Virus record (IMG/VR): IMGVR_UViG_3300004369_000011
Span: 8,081 to 72,080 of that record
Origin: a virus
DNA: 64,000 nucleotides
Reading direction: 5' to 3' (one strand)
The position numbers were made by a program, and so were the translations under genes. The stretch's first letter is position 1. Each line of letters opens with the position of its first letter. A model generated the notes under the pieces. It did not search any database. It saw only the letters and a list, made by a program, of their open reading frames with translations, and was not told where the DNA came from. Shown here piece after piece: positions 1-9,565 of this stretch.

Positions 1-168
1 TTTGGTCCTCAGGCTGTTGGAGTGGGCATCGGCGGCAACAATGCCCAAGTGCTCCTCAACAACAATGATGACTTCAGCCGTTTCATTATGATGATTTGGA
101 GCCTGTACGCAGGTTTCGAACTTCTGAACGCTGATTTCATCACAGTTGCCTACTCTTTCGACGCTTGA
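1..168 (+). CDS. Major capsid protein, C-terminal fragment (N4-gp56-like family)
   Basis: Frame 1 reads FGPQAVGVGIGGNNAQVLLNNNDDFSRFIMMIWSLYAGFELLNADFITVAYSFDA*. This resembles the FG..A.G...DDF.R....W....G C-terminus of N4-gp56-type capsid proteins. It is followed by a structural gene and a strong terminator. Confidence 0.65.
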   Translation, partial: FGPQAVGVGIGGNNAQVLLNNNDDFSRFIMMIWSLYAGFELLNADFITVAYSFDA

Positions 169-182
169 AGAGGTAACCAACA

Positions 183-1061
183 ATGACGATCAACTCTAAC
201 CAGTTACAAGTTGCCAAGATTTATCCTGGTAACTACACCAACGTTCTTCGTTACTGGCACGAAGAAAAGACCGTTCAGTATGACAATGCGAACGGTGTTC
301 CAACCACTCTTACCGGACAGCCTGTCGGCGGTCCTGTCGGTGTGGTGTTCCGTCCCGGCTGGATTGCTCAGCAGGCTATTGGTTATGTTGACCTGAGCTA
401 CCAAGCTCTGGGCACCAACAACCAATTGGAGTACTACACCCAGCCTTATGGCTCGGGTCAGAATAGTGCTACTCAGCCTTTCCTGAACGCTAACGTCATC
501 ATTCCTTCACCTGATTTCCACAAGGATATTCGGGCTGACATCACTGATGGCATCAAAGCTCCCGCTGGCGCTTTTGTTTACCGCGCTTCTCTCCGTCTTG
601 ACGGTGGTGATGTGGTCAGCAGCGGCGTGGCCGGCGGATCTGCTACTCCTCAACTGACTCTGGTTCCCGCTGTGGGTGCTGGTCTTCGTAACACAACCAC
701 GGTTGTTTCCGGTCAGTTCGGTGTGTCCTTGACAGGCGCTACTAGTCGAATTGCTAATGGTTCTACCGCTTCGGTAAACATTATCGATTCCAGTTCACTG
801 TCTGCTCTGGGTGCTGAGACTCAGTGGAAACTGTTCGCTACCTCCGATCTTGGCGGTGCGGCAGCTTCCGGTCTGGCGCAAGGTTCCGGCGTGTACGATC
901 CTCGTGCCGGTGCGAACCGTTTGGCAGGTAAGAATAAGGCTCTCGCAATTTGCGAAGTTTGCTGGATTCTTCCTGACAAAGCTCCTGAGCGTTCCGATCT
1001 TGCCCTCCAACCCGGCGGCTTGATCGAGTCCAATGCCTTCACCTCAACTGTTCCTACCTGA
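183..1061 (+). CDS. Putative virion structural protein (capsid-associated)
   Basis: 292 aa, G/A/S/T/V-rich. GAGG RBS upstream. Co-transcribed with the capsid gene up to the terminator. Confidence 0.6.
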   Translation: MTINSNQLQVAKIYPGNYTNVLRYWHEEKTVQYDNANGVPTTLTGQPVGGPVGVVFRPGWIAQQAIGYVDLSYQALGTNNQLEYYTQPYGSGQNSATQPFLNANVIIPSPDFHKDIRADITDGIKAPAGAFVYRASLRLDGGDVVSSGVAGGSATPQLTLVPAVGAGLRNTTTVVSGQFGVSLTGATSRIANGSTASVNIIDSSSLSALGAETQWKLFATSDLGGAAASGLAQGSGVYDPRAGANRLAGKNKALAICEVCWILPDKAPERSDLALQPGGLIESNAFTSTVPT

Positions 1062-1079
1062 TTTTTTCAGGAATTAACG

Positions 1080-1108
1080 ACCCCTTGCTTCGGTAAGGGG
1101 TTTTTTTT
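1080..1108 (+). terminator. Rho-independent terminator after the capsid genes
   Basis: ACCCCTTGC-TTCG-GTAAGGGGT hairpin followed by a T8 tract. Confidence 0.9.
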
Positions 1109-1198
1109 GTCTTGAAATAAAAATTTTGGCTTAATTTATGCAGCCTATTTTAATAATCAGAGGCATAGTTTAGAAGAAAAGTACGCTTCCTACTTTTT

Positions 1199-1462
1199 AT
1201 GTCAGATCGTGCACTGTCAGATTTAAAACTTGCGCGTAAAGAATGCGCTCGGTGTGGGGCTACCTGGCTGAATGGCTGTCACCACTGGGCCACAGGTTGC
1301 GTGGGTAATGAGTTGGATCTTGCTTCTCTCGTTTGCAACGAAGTAAATGACCCAGAGTGTATAAATCCGAAGAAAGGAAGTACCGGAGGGGACACTTGGG
1401 CAAAACGTAGCGCTTTTATAGAAGAAGCGTTACACAAAGTTAAAGCTCAGTTCGAAGTGTAA
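1199..1462 (+). CDS. Cys-rich conserved cyanophage/cyanobacterial hypothetical protein
   Basis: CxxCGATWLNG.H.W.TG...DLASLVCN pattern, recalled from cyanophage hypotheticals. Confidence 0.65.
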   Translation: MSDRALSDLKLARKECARCGATWLNGCHHWATGCVGNELDLASLVCNEVNDPECINPKKGSTGGDTWAKRSAFIEEALHKVKAQFEV

Positions 1463-1472
1463 GCTTTTAAAA

Positions 1473-1916
1473 TTAAAAATTAAGTCCGCCCTCCGTTCCG
1501 TAGCGAGCGTAAGCCCCCGCGTGGGGCTCGGCAACGGCTTGACACTTTCTTAAAGCGGCTTGCATCTGCCCTTTGTAAAATTCAGTTGCTTTACCTTGCC
1601 CCGCTCTTCCAGCTAAATCGCGTAAATGTCTTTCTACATTCAACGCGGGAGCGCATCCCTGAATATCTCTGAGTTGTTGAGGGCCTACAGGGCCGCTAAA
1701 TTCTGTAACTAAATCAATTATTTGAGGAATAGCGTCTAATCCGCCTGTGGCTGCCGTGGCAGCTAGTCCTCCTCCACCCACGATTACAGCATTTTTTACG
1801 CGTTGCTCCAAACTAGGTTCTTTTGGATTAAAAAGCTCTGCTCCTACAGCAAAAGCGTCGCCTACGAGGGGCAAACCTCGACCAATTTGCCCTGCAATAC
1901 GTCTTATGGGGGGCAT
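1473..1916 (-). CDS. Hypothetical protein with RIAG motif near the N-terminus
   Basis: 147-aa ORF. TAGAAT -10 box on the - strand at 1945-1950. Confidence 0.65.
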   Translation of the reverse strand: MPPIRRIAGQIGRGLPLVGDAFAVGAELFNPKEPSLEQRVKNAVIVGGGGLAATAATGGLDAIPQIIDLVTEFSGPVGPQQLRDIQGCAPALNVERHLRDLAGRAGQGKATEFYKGQMQAALRKCQAVAEPHAGAYARYGTEGGLNF

Positions 1917-1993
1917 TATTTTTTGTTTCAGCTTTGTTGGCTCTATTCTACGGGTTTTTGGTCTAAAGTACTGTTCACATACTGTTCTTACGT

Positions 1994-2428
1994 ATGCCTG
2001 CGACTATCTACAAACCTAGCGGCGTAAAAGTCGAGGTCATCTCCACTCACGATGATGGTGAGTACTTTATGGTTCGGTCAAACACCACTGGGAAGGTGTT
2101 TTTTGCCCATAAGGACCAGCTTGATGCCAATGCAGAGGATAAAAGTGGCGAGTTTGGCGAAAAACCCGTGTCAAATCGCCGAAATCGGCGACAAGTTGCT
2201 GTGGTTAAGCCCCAAGTGCCTCTTGATAACCGTTTAAATTTAAATAATCTGACTGCGGAGGGCTTGACCCAAAGTCTTCCGGGTATCGGACTCAAAACAG
2301 CTCAAGAAATTGTTGATCTCAGGCAGTCACTGCCGGGTGAACGGTTTACAAAACTAGATCAGCTCAAATCAATTAAAAAAATTGAGTGGGACGAGGTGTT
2401 TGCGACTGGATCTGTGTATGTGGAATGA
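1994..2428 (+). CDS. Helix-hairpin-helix (ComEA/HHH_3-like) DNA-binding protein
   Basis: C-terminal LNLNNLTAEGLTQSLPGIGLKTAQEIVDLR...F..LDQL matches the HhH signature. Confidence 0.8.
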   Translation: MPATIYKPSGVKVEVISTHDDGEYFMVRSNTTGKVFFAHKDQLDANAEDKSGEFGEKPVSNRRNRRQVAVVKPQVPLDNRLNLNNLTAEGLTQSLPGIGLKTAQEIVDLRQSLPGERFTKLDQLKSIKKIEWDEVFATGSVYVE

Positions 2429-2505
2429 ATTTAGAACTTCTGTATTAGTTCTCTAGAACTTTGAAGATTCGCGTAGAATAACTCTACGGACCGGTTAAAA
2501 GTGTC

Positions 2506-3126
2506 ATGTCCCAGTTGTCTACACAAGAACTGGAGCAAATCCAGAGCTATCTAGCGCAACAGGGTGTCGTATTTCAACCTACGACAACAGACGCTACTAA
2601 GAGAGAGGTAATATACGCTGCAGTTAATCAGATAACCAGGAACCCTGCACAGGTTTTTGGTTATAAATTAGATGATTATAACTTTAGTCGTGTTGCATAT
2701 CACTTGGGTTACAACATAGCAACTGTGCCCGCTGGGGACTACGCTAGGTTACTAGAAGCTTGTAGTAGCGTTCCGAGTGAGTTTTATTACGATAAAATTG
2801 TTCAACAAACAGAGCGTTGTGAAGATGCAGAGCGTCTTACAGAGCTTGCCACGGGTAGGGCTACCAGTCGTCAAGAAACCATTCTTGGGGACGTGTCACG
2901 TTCTATTAATATTCAAGACAAACGAGAAACAGCTCGCATTTGGCGAGAGAACTATCTGTACGAGTGTGATCGATTAGCACATATGCTTTATGTGCCTAAT
3001 TATCGCGACCCCGTGGCCGCTCGGTACCGCTTTGAGAGATCTGGAGGTGAGTTCATACAAGCAATTCCTGGTCCGCCTGATGTATCACGATCCGATCGAC
3101 TGTATTTCTATGCGAATTGGCGCTAA
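2506..3126 (+). CDS. Hypothetical virion protein, possibly head-tail adaptor
   Basis: 206-aa ORF downstream of the capsid genes. Function inferred from position only. Confidence 0.5.
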   Translation: MSQLSTQELEQIQSYLAQQGVVFQPTTTDATKREVIYAAVNQITRNPAQVFGYKLDDYNFSRVAYHLGYNIATVPAGDYARLLEACSSVPSEFYYDKIVQQTERCEDAERLTELATGRATSRQETILGDVSRSINIQDKRETARIWRENYLYECDRLAHMLYVPNYRDPVAARYRFERSGGEFIQAIPGPPDVSRSDRLYFYANWR

Positions 3127-3157
3127 ACTCGGTGTAGGAAAATAGTTATTTACAGCC

Positions 3158-4756
3158 GTGTCGCCTAAAGCTGATCTCTTACGCGGAATTCTGGGTGCTG
3201 TTGAGCAGGGCGGTGACGTCTTAATGAATGTGCTGAGGGGTCTTCCTCGGCAAGACGCACAAGCTGTACGTCAAGTTTTGCAACAAGCTACCCCTAGCTC
3301 AGCTTCTGCCCGTCAGCTTTCCCTACCTCTTCGTGAGTCTGCTGGTTCTCGTACCCTGGCTCCTACCGCCACGCGGAGCGGTCGAGTAACTCCTGCAGAT
3401 ACTTCCGTAGGCGGGCGGATGTATAACCCCAGTTCGGCTGCTAGTCCGCGCAATATGGAAACTGTTCGTCTTTCGCAGCAACCTCGCGCAGTTGATACTT
3501 TTAATCCCCTTACTCCCACTCCGCGTGGGCAGATGTCAATCGACGCGGCTCCCGTTCCCGCTTTTGGTGAAGGATTTAAATTCGGCCCTGCCCCTACAAA
3601 CGCAGTTGTGCCTCTGAGTCCTCGCGCTGTGGAATTGGCTCAGGCCGATCCCGGTACTTTTAATTCGATTCGACAAATTGCCACTGACGCTGAGAATTAC
3701 TATGGCATTCGTCAAGGAGGCCTGGTAAATGCTCTAGTCGAACCCGGCGGTACAGATGTTTTGCGCTATTTAGATGCGGGTGATGATCTGGCCTCTGCTG
3801 TGAGCAAAGCAAGAGGAGGTGCTCTTGCACCTACGGGTTCGGCAGATCTTATGACCCCTGGCGTAGATGTTAATGATTTAGGGTCTGTTGCTGGGCAAAG
3901 GCAGGCTATGCGAAATAGTGCTGCTGGAGTTCAAATGGGTGATTTAAGTCGAATGCTTGACCCTAAGATGCTGGCTCTTATGGGGGGCAGCGCTGCTGCA
4001 GGTCTTGCTTTAGGAAATATAGGGAATATTGCTTCTTCCTTTAACGAAGGAGGCGGTGCTCCCGGCGCAGGCGAAACTCCTCTTCCTCAAGAGTTTCCTC
4101 AAGCTCCCGTTTTATTTCGAGACAATAGTGGGACCCCCCTAGGTGAGGAGTCCTCAGCTTACGAACCTCCTGCATACACTCGTTCTACTGGAGATCCAAC
4201 GCAACCGGCTCCAGTAGTTACCCGTGGCGATGAGCGCTCCAGTGCGCGTCGTCAAGCTCTTGCTCAGTATGCCCCCACGGAAGCTGCGATGGACAGGGCC
4301 TTAGAACCAAAAGACCCCAGTCAATATCGCAGTATTGAAGATTACTACAAAGCTAGGCAGGCTTACTCAAGCGCTCCCACTAAGCGTCAAGAGTTGGTTC
4401 AAGCCGCTCGGCAAATGGAACAAGAGCAAGCAATGCAAGACAATTTGGCTTCCTGGGCAGATGCAAATCCCCAGCTCATGTATGAGTTACAACGGCGGCA
4501 AATGATTAATCCCGCTGCTAACCAGCAAAGCGGGGATTCTGTAACCACAAGCCGCGTGGTCTCTCCTATGGGCTCGGACAACACAGCTAACGCCGTGGGT
4601 AATTCAATCGCTGCAGGAGAAACTGCAACTCAACCTAGTCAAGGTGCGTTTGAAATGATGGATGCTACTCGGCCTATGGAGCAACCTGAGTTACAACGCG
4701 TACAAGATTTTATCTCTCGTATGGCACCACGCAGTCGTGCTTACGGCGGTTATTGA
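3158..4756 (+). CDS. Large low-complexity protein, possible internal virion/ejection protein
   Basis: 532 aa, A/P/Q/G-rich, no Cys, in the late module. Confidence 0.55.
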   Translation: MSPKADLLRGILGAVEQGGDVLMNVLRGLPRQDAQAVRQVLQQATPSSASARQLSLPLRESAGSRTLAPTATRSGRVTPADTSVGGRMYNPSSAASPRNMETVRLSQQPRAVDTFNPLTPTPRGQMSIDAAPVPAFGEGFKFGPAPTNAVVPLSPRAVELAQADPGTFNSIRQIATDAENYYGIRQGGLVNALVEPGGTDVLRYLDAGDDLASAVSKARGGALAPTGSADLMTPGVDVNDLGSVAGQRQAMRNSAAGVQMGDLSRMLDPKMLALMGGSAAAGLALGNIGNIASSFNEGGGAPGAGETPLPQEFPQAPVLFRDNSGTPLGEESSAYEPPAYTRSTGDPTQPAPVVTRGDERSSARRQALAQYAPTEAAMDRALEPKDPSQYRSIEDYYKARQAYSSAPTKRQELVQAARQMEQEQAMQDNLASWADANPQLMYELQRRQMINPAANQQSGDSVTTSRVVSPMGSDNTANAVGNSIAAGETATQPSQGAFEMMDATRPMEQPELQRVQDFISRMAPRSRAYGGY

Positions 4757-4784
4757 TAGTAAACTAGTTTATCGGAACAAACGT

Positions 4785-5309
4785 ATGTCTTACAGCGGTT
4801 TTCCTACGGGATTTTCTTTAGAGTCCGTCATTGGAAACATTGATCCCTATGTCTCTTCGCTGGACCCCAAGGGAGCAATGGGTGTAGGGGAGTTTGCTCC
4901 TATGGACGACGGGTTCTTTAGTGGACCCTATTCCACTGCTTATGATCCGGAAGGAGGTAGGGGCAACTCATTTATTCGAGACCTCGGAAATTTTGCCGAG
5001 GAAATAACTCCAATTTTAGGAGGAACCGACGATATCATTAGGGCCATTAAAGGGATGCCCCGACGGGCAAACCGTTTTGCCGGTGAAGGCTTAGGAGGCT
5101 ATTTTGATCGTCAACGTGGAATGAGGGAGATAGCCCAAGAAGCTTTTAGGCCTTCACGCCCTGTTCAATCAGAAGCAGAAAATATTTCACAAGATTTGCA
5201 AATTGCTCTTCCGGAAAGAATGGCTGAAATTTTTCGTAGAGGTCTGGGTTTAGGCACAGAGACGAAACAAGGGCCTACTCGCTTACCGGTGATTCCCTTC
5301 CGCGATTGA
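4785..5309 (+). CDS. Hypothetical late protein (RFAGE motif)
   Basis: Likely start is ATG 4785 (MSYSGF), downstream of a TAAACT box at ~4760. Confidence 0.65.
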   Translation: MSYSGFPTGFSLESVIGNIDPYVSSLDPKGAMGVGEFAPMDDGFFSGPYSTAYDPEGGRGNSFIRDLGNFAEEITPILGGTDDIIRAIKGMPRRANRFAGEGLGGYFDRQRGMREIAQEAFRPSRPVQSEAENISQDLQIALPERMAEIFRRGLGLGTETKQGPTRLPVIPFRD

Positions 5310-5403
5310 AGCTCAGGAGCCAGTAATTTCCCGCGTGGTTTGCAGTAGAATTTCTTTAATTCCCTAGCAGGCTAAAACCGAAAGGTTATAAAGCCAAGAC
5401 GTA

Positions 5404-5958
5404 GTGGCGAGCACTTCGACCAACAAGTCCCCCCTCATGGTGGACCGCCCTTTTCTTCGGGGCGCACGACTTACTAGCGCCACTTCTATTGTTGATTCGT
5501 CCAATCCTAGTTTTGGTGATTTAGTTCAATTAGTTCGTGTAGGGGATATTCCTTCGGAAGATGGGGCTTTAGTCGAAGATCTTTTTGTTGTTTCCAACGA
5601 AGGTTACCCAAATAATAGTGGAGTCCGCTCGGCTGCTTTTGGAGTTTACGTTTATGCTCCTAATCAAGCAGCTCCTTCTACGTCGGCTTCCTTGATGATT
5701 GGGAAGTTCGAGGTTGGTTTATCCGGAGATACGGAAGGTCTCATTCAACGTGTTGAGCTGCCTGCGATGGTTGCTCCCACCCCCCAAACAGGTGATACCA
5801 ACCTTGTTCGTCCTATTGAAATTGGTAAAGCAGAAGGTCTTTATTTAGAAAAAGGCTACATTCTCTGCGTTGGCTACTTAGGTAACGGACCTGCTTCTGT
5901 TTCTGGTGGTTTAAGCCCCTCGGGTATTACGATCGCGGCTCAAGGTGGTTTTTATTAA
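5404..5958 (+). CDS. Putative virion structural protein
   Basis: 184 aa with beta-strand-like composition, starting MASTSTNK.P. Coupled to the next gene. Confidence 0.55.
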   Translation: MASTSTNKSPLMVDRPFLRGARLTSATSIVDSSNPSFGDLVQLVRVGDIPSEDGALVEDLFVVSNEGYPNNSGVRSAAFGVYVYAPNQAAPSTSASLMIGKFEVGLSGDTEGLIQRVELPAMVAPTPQTGDTNLVRPIEIGKAEGLYLEKGYILCVGYLGNGPASVSGGLSPSGITIAAQGGFY

Positions 5959-5961
5959 TCC

Positions 5962-7509
5962 GTGGCTAAAAAACGAGGCGCAGATAACTTTTCGCCTAAT
6001 GGTCCAAGACCACTTGGTCCTTTTAAACCTATTTCAAAACTTGTTGGATCTGATAAAAAATCTCAATTTTTACGTCCGTTACCTTTTAACCGTAAATTTA
6101 GACCAGTAACCAGTACAAAAGACTATAGCAACAGTGTCGTAAGTGAGTACAACTATGCTTCTCTCTGGTCACGTTGGCGCCGTGGCTATGAACTTAGCAT
6201 GTACGCACAAAACGCATACGGTGGTTTAGTCTACTCTTCTTTTAAATATTATGCCTCTGGTACGGCTGGTGTAGGTGGTTTTATTCCTGGTTTATTTTTT
6301 GCTTACCCATCACAGCGTAGTGATATGCGAATGCACATGGTGGGTATTCGTCCACGGGATACATTTAACTTTTTGGATTTTGGTATTTCAGTTCAATCTG
6401 TTACTCAATACGATTCAACTACGTTTGCAGTTGTTTTAAGCCAGCGGTTTGGCGCTCCTATTTCATTTTTTACTGGAGAAATACTGTCCAATAGATTTAA
6501 CGCTGACGGTACGGATAAATTGGTTGGGTACAACAACTACACCGTTACAGCCGTGGGTTTTAACGGGGTAATCACAACTCCTAGCATTAATCCAGATTTT
6601 AATACCTTATTTTTGTCAGTTACTGACGATAAGAGTTGGTTTGTAGATAACTCAGGTGATTTAGTTATACCGGCTACAGGGCCTCCTTTAGCGGGGGAGT
6701 TTTTAACAACAGAAGTTAGAATTCAGTGTTCTTGTCAAGATTTTTTAAGTCGAGAAAGTTTTAATTTTTATAATCTTTCTCTAAAACAAAAGTATCCCTA
6801 TACAAATATATTAAACATTGATCCTGGTTTTTTTGACGCCGGTTCTACCGCTTCTGAACGAATTAGTCCTTCAATGGACTATCCGGGTTACGCTAGAACT
6901 TTTGGTTTTGTTTACTTAAATAAAGTTTATACAATTCCTCCTAAGGCCGACCTACTAGCTAATTACTCTGATCCCTCTTTATTTTATTTCCAACCTAGAT
7001 GGTGTAAGCATATATACGCTGCCTATTGGGATATGCAACGTAGATTTGATTTATTTAGCGTAACTAATTTTCGCTTGTATCAGCCCAATGATGAGCCGAT
7101 GGACGAATATTATCGCGAAAAATTTGAAGTTGAGCTAGAAAAACAAACTACTTTCTTAAAACGAGAGGAAGATCTTGTTTGGTGGTTACGGTACAGTCCT
7201 TCTCTTGGCGGACTACCAAAGCATCTTATGTATTCTGATAAGTACAATATGATTGCTAAAACACTAAATTTTGGTCAATTAGATGACATAACTGAGCTTC
7301 AAGATACAAATTTTGAACTTTTTACTATAGATCAGTTTAATCCTTTGTCTCCTGGTAGTTTTCCGAGAGAAATTTATGACGGGGGGAGTTACGCTAATGG
7401 AGTACGTATTTCTAGTTCATCGAACGTTTTGGATGGTGGCCAGTATAGTAATGGTGTTCCTTTACCGCCAAGCGGTCCCCCTACTTTTATAAACGGAGGC
7501 ACTTATTAG
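5962..7509 (+). CDS. Virion-module protein with SWIM-type zinc finger
   Basis: CSCQDF...WCKHIYAA gives the CxC...CxH SWIM ligands. C-terminal DGG.Y repeats. Confidence 0.6.
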   Translation: MAKKRGADNFSPNGPRPLGPFKPISKLVGSDKKSQFLRPLPFNRKFRPVTSTKDYSNSVVSEYNYASLWSRWRRGYELSMYAQNAYGGLVYSSFKYYASGTAGVGGFIPGLFFAYPSQRSDMRMHMVGIRPRDTFNFLDFGISVQSVTQYDSTTFAVVLSQRFGAPISFFTGEILSNRFNADGTDKLVGYNNYTVTAVGFNGVITTPSINPDFNTLFLSVTDDKSWFVDNSGDLVIPATGPPLAGEFLTTEVRIQCSCQDFLSRESFNFYNLSLKQKYPYTNILNIDPGFFDAGSTASERISPSMDYPGYARTFGFVYLNKVYTIPPKADLLANYSDPSLFYFQPRWCKHIYAAYWDMQRRFDLFSVTNFRLYQPNDEPMDEYYREKFEVELEKQTTFLKREEDLVWWLRYSPSLGGLPKHLMYSDKYNMIAKTLNFGQLDDITELQDTNFELFTIDQFNPLSPGSFPREIYDGGSYANGVRISSSSNVLDGGQYSNGVPLPPSGPPTFINGGTY

Positions 7510-7510
7510 T

Positions 7511-8089
7511 ATGACATCAATTCCGGTAACTTCTCTTTTATTGAGATCTGGTAATGCTTCAGATAGACCTAGTGGCAATAGTTTCGTTAACGGAGAGCTT
7601 GCTATTAATTTTGGCGCCGCCGATCCAGGACTTTATTTTGAAGATTCTGCTGGAGGCGTAATCAAAGTCGGCCCTTCCACTTATGGAGTGAACCCTCCCA
7701 ATGCAACTCCCGTAGGTTTAGCAGGTAATTCACCAGGCGAAATCTGGACGGACTCCACTACCTCTGCCTATTATCTAAAAGTCTGGAACGGCACAGCGTG
7801 GCAGAAGATTGGTGCCGCTTTTGCTGACAATGCTCTGCAAGCCAGCGTAACAATAGCCTCTGGTGCTTTATTTGCTAACTCAGCTCTAGTTGCTTCAGGT
7901 GCTTTATTTGCTAACTCAGCTCTAGTTGCTTCAGGTGTCTTAACTGCTACCGGAGTAGCTTGTGCTGATATTTATACAGGAACTTTAACCGGTACTGCAC
8001 CTAGTGGATCTCTTCGGTATAAAACCGATGACACTAGCAGCCCTAGCGGTCTTTATGTTGCTTTTGCCGGAGGCTGGGCGCTAACTTAA
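7511..8089 (+). CDS. Tail fibre/appendage protein
   Basis: N-terminal LRSG...RP......GELAINF fibre-type motif, GE.W.D....LKVW.G..W repeat and ASG repeats. Confidence 0.65.
   Translation: MTSIPVTSLLLRSGNASDRPSGNSFVNGELAINFGAADPGLYFEDSAGGVIKVGPSTYGVNPPNATPVGLAGNSPGEIWTDSTTSAYYLKVWNGTAWQKIGAAFADNALQASVTIASGALFANSALVASGALFANSALVASGVLTATGVACADIYTGTLTGTAPSGSLRYKTDDTSSPSGLYVAFAGGWALT
7862..7937 (+). repeat. Exact 36-bp tandem duplication (GALFANSALVAS x2)
   Basis: ggtgctttatttgctaactcagctctagttgcttca occurs at 7862 and 7898. Confidence 0.9.
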
Positions 8090-8634
8090 ATAGCGCTCCC
8101 TTTGCGCAGAGTGGCCTTAAGCATCCAAGCGGATTTGAAGTAGTGCCCAAGTATTGTGGCTACTTCGTTTTCGACATCTGGTGCTCCAATTTCTCGCGCC
8201 ATATTCACAACTTCTTTACCCATAAGCCCCGCAGTCTCAAGATTTTTTGTGTAGGTAGTCAGGCCTTCGGTGGCGTCATAAGATTTGACATGTTTAAATT
8301 CTTTACACATCCCCAGTAAACCTTTTTGACACATCGGGAGCAGGAAGTCCATGCTCCTAACAAGTTCACTTAATACATCGAAATCAGCAATGTGCTGTTC
8401 GTACTGTTTTCCGAGGAATTTATGGACAGACAGAAATAGAGGTGTTTCTAGATTTAGGTGGAGTAGATGTGCTTGCGTATTTAAGTGGTAGGTAAAAGAC
8501 GCGTAACTGACGAGTTTGTAAACGAGGTTTTCGACAGTCGCTTCTTTTACCATTACAACCTCCTCTGTAATTACTTCTTCCCTCGGAGCTTCGGCTGCTG
8601 CTTGGAAGATTTGCTGCAAAGTAGAGGAGGTCAT
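8086..8634 (-). CDS. dps: Dps/ferritin-like protein
   Basis: HLLHLN...F.SVH.FL..QYEQ....D.LSE.VR aligns with the Dps H..HWN...F..LH..FE.QY......D..AER.R ferroxidase pattern. The KSAWML C-terminus also fits. Confidence 0.7.
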   Translation of the reverse strand: MTSSTLQQIFQAAAEAPREEVITEEVVMVKEATVENLVYKLVSYASFTYHLNTQAHLLHLNLETPLFLSVHKFLGKQYEQHIADFDVLSELVRSMDFLLPMCQKGLLGMCKEFKHVKSYDATEGLTTYTKNLETAGLMGKEVVNMAREIGAPDVENEVATILGHYFKSAWMLKATLRKGSAI

Positions 8635-8643
8635 CTAACCGTA

Positions 8644-8898
8644 CTAGTAACCGCAGACTGCGGGAGTCTCTTCCAGTTTAGTCTCTTCCTCATCTCCTTT
8701 CAAATAATTTTGAAGAGACTCTTGGTTGATGCGGTATAAAGATTTAGCTCCGTTTGGTTGCAGATTGACAAAAGTTGCTTTCGGCCATCCGCCAAGTTGA
8801 TTCGATTCGGTTAGGGCGATCCGCTTGCGCACAAAGCCTGCAGAACAGTTCAGCAGCTCAGCGGTCTGAGCAATGGTAAGAAGCTTCGCGGGTTCCAT
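8644..8898 (-). CDS. HTH_17/excisionase-like DNA-binding protein
   Basis: LLTIAQTAELLNCSAGFVRKRI...YRI. Start probably at MEPAK. Confidence 0.65.
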   Translation of the reverse strand: MEPAKLLTIAQTAELLNCSAGFVRKRIALTESNQLGGWPKATFVNLQPNGAKSLYRINQESLQNYLKGDEEETKLEETPAVCGY

Positions 8899-9030
8899 GA
8901 AATACAGGTGTTGAATAAACACAACGTAAGAAGATTAGCAGGGATTTGCGTTAAATGACTGCGTGAGTTTTTCTTACGGCGTTTCTTTAGGTTTGGGTTT
9001 AGTATCATAAGACAAGAGTCAAGGCACCCC

Positions 9031-9282
9031 GTGGCGAAAATTCGTATCGCTGGTGAGGTTTTTTCAGGGTATAACAAACCTCGGCCAGACTCTGATGGGG
9101 GTAAAAAATCTGCTGTTGCTGCTAAAGAGGGAGATACTGTGCGTTTAGTGCGCTTTGGAGACCCCAACATGACCATTAAAAAACATATTCCTGAGCGTCG
9201 CGCAAATTTTCGAGCTAGGCATAATTGTGACAACCCCGGTAGCAAGCTCAAAGCTCGTTATTGGAGTTGTAAGGCCTGGTAG
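9031..9282 (+). CDS. Conserved small basic phage protein (RFGDPNM...FRARHNC...YWSC family)
   Basis: Motif familiar from cyanophage/aquatic phage hypotheticals. N-terminal RIAGEVF. Confidence 0.75.
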   Translation: MAKIRIAGEVFSGYNKPRPDSDGGKKSAVAAKEGDTVRLVRFGDPNMTIKKHIPERRANFRARHNCDNPGSKLKARYWSCKAW

Positions 9283-9323
9283 GACGACTAGACTCCCTCT
9301 ACTAGAATTAAAAGAGCAGATCT

Positions 9324-9563
9324 ATGGACGTGTCCTCTCACCAGGGAAACCTAAATATCGGTTTGACTCTGGAAGATGAGTTTACGCTTACTCGTATACG
9401 TAATGCGGCTACGGAGCTTTCAGGCAAAGCGAGGGATCAGTATCTGTGGGCCAGAATCTATCGCTTTGTATGCCGTGAAAGAGCGTATAAGGCAGTAGCA
9501 GACGAACTGGGAGTGATTATTGACACTAATATAAATATATTCGACCAAGAGCAAGCGGAGTAG
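9324..9563 (+). CDS. nblA: NblA-like phycobilisome degradation protein (copy 1)
   Basis: LTLEDEFTL......ELS...RD.YL......V.RERAYK matches NblA LSLEQQF.L......MS.EQA..FL......M.RE..YK. Confidence 0.6.
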   Translation: MDVSSHQGNLNIGLTLEDEFTLTRIRNAATELSGKARDQYLWARIYRFVCRERAYKAVADELGVIIDTNINIFDQEQAE

Positions 9564-9565
9564 AC

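Noticed and set aside
1994-2428. PsbU photosystem gene
   Set aside because: It shares the HhH fold but has no signal peptide and fits a generic ComEA-like HhH better. No psbA or hli genes were seen in the window.
8644-8922. Excisionase implying a temperate lifestyle or prophage
   Set aside because: No integrase, att site or host flanking genes are in the window, and HTH_17 proteins are common regulators.
8850-9251. 133-aa - strand ORF and similar short shadow ORFs (e.g. 15635, 32311, 37720, 47263)
   Set aside because: They overlap better-supported genes on the opposite strand and carry no recognisable motifs.
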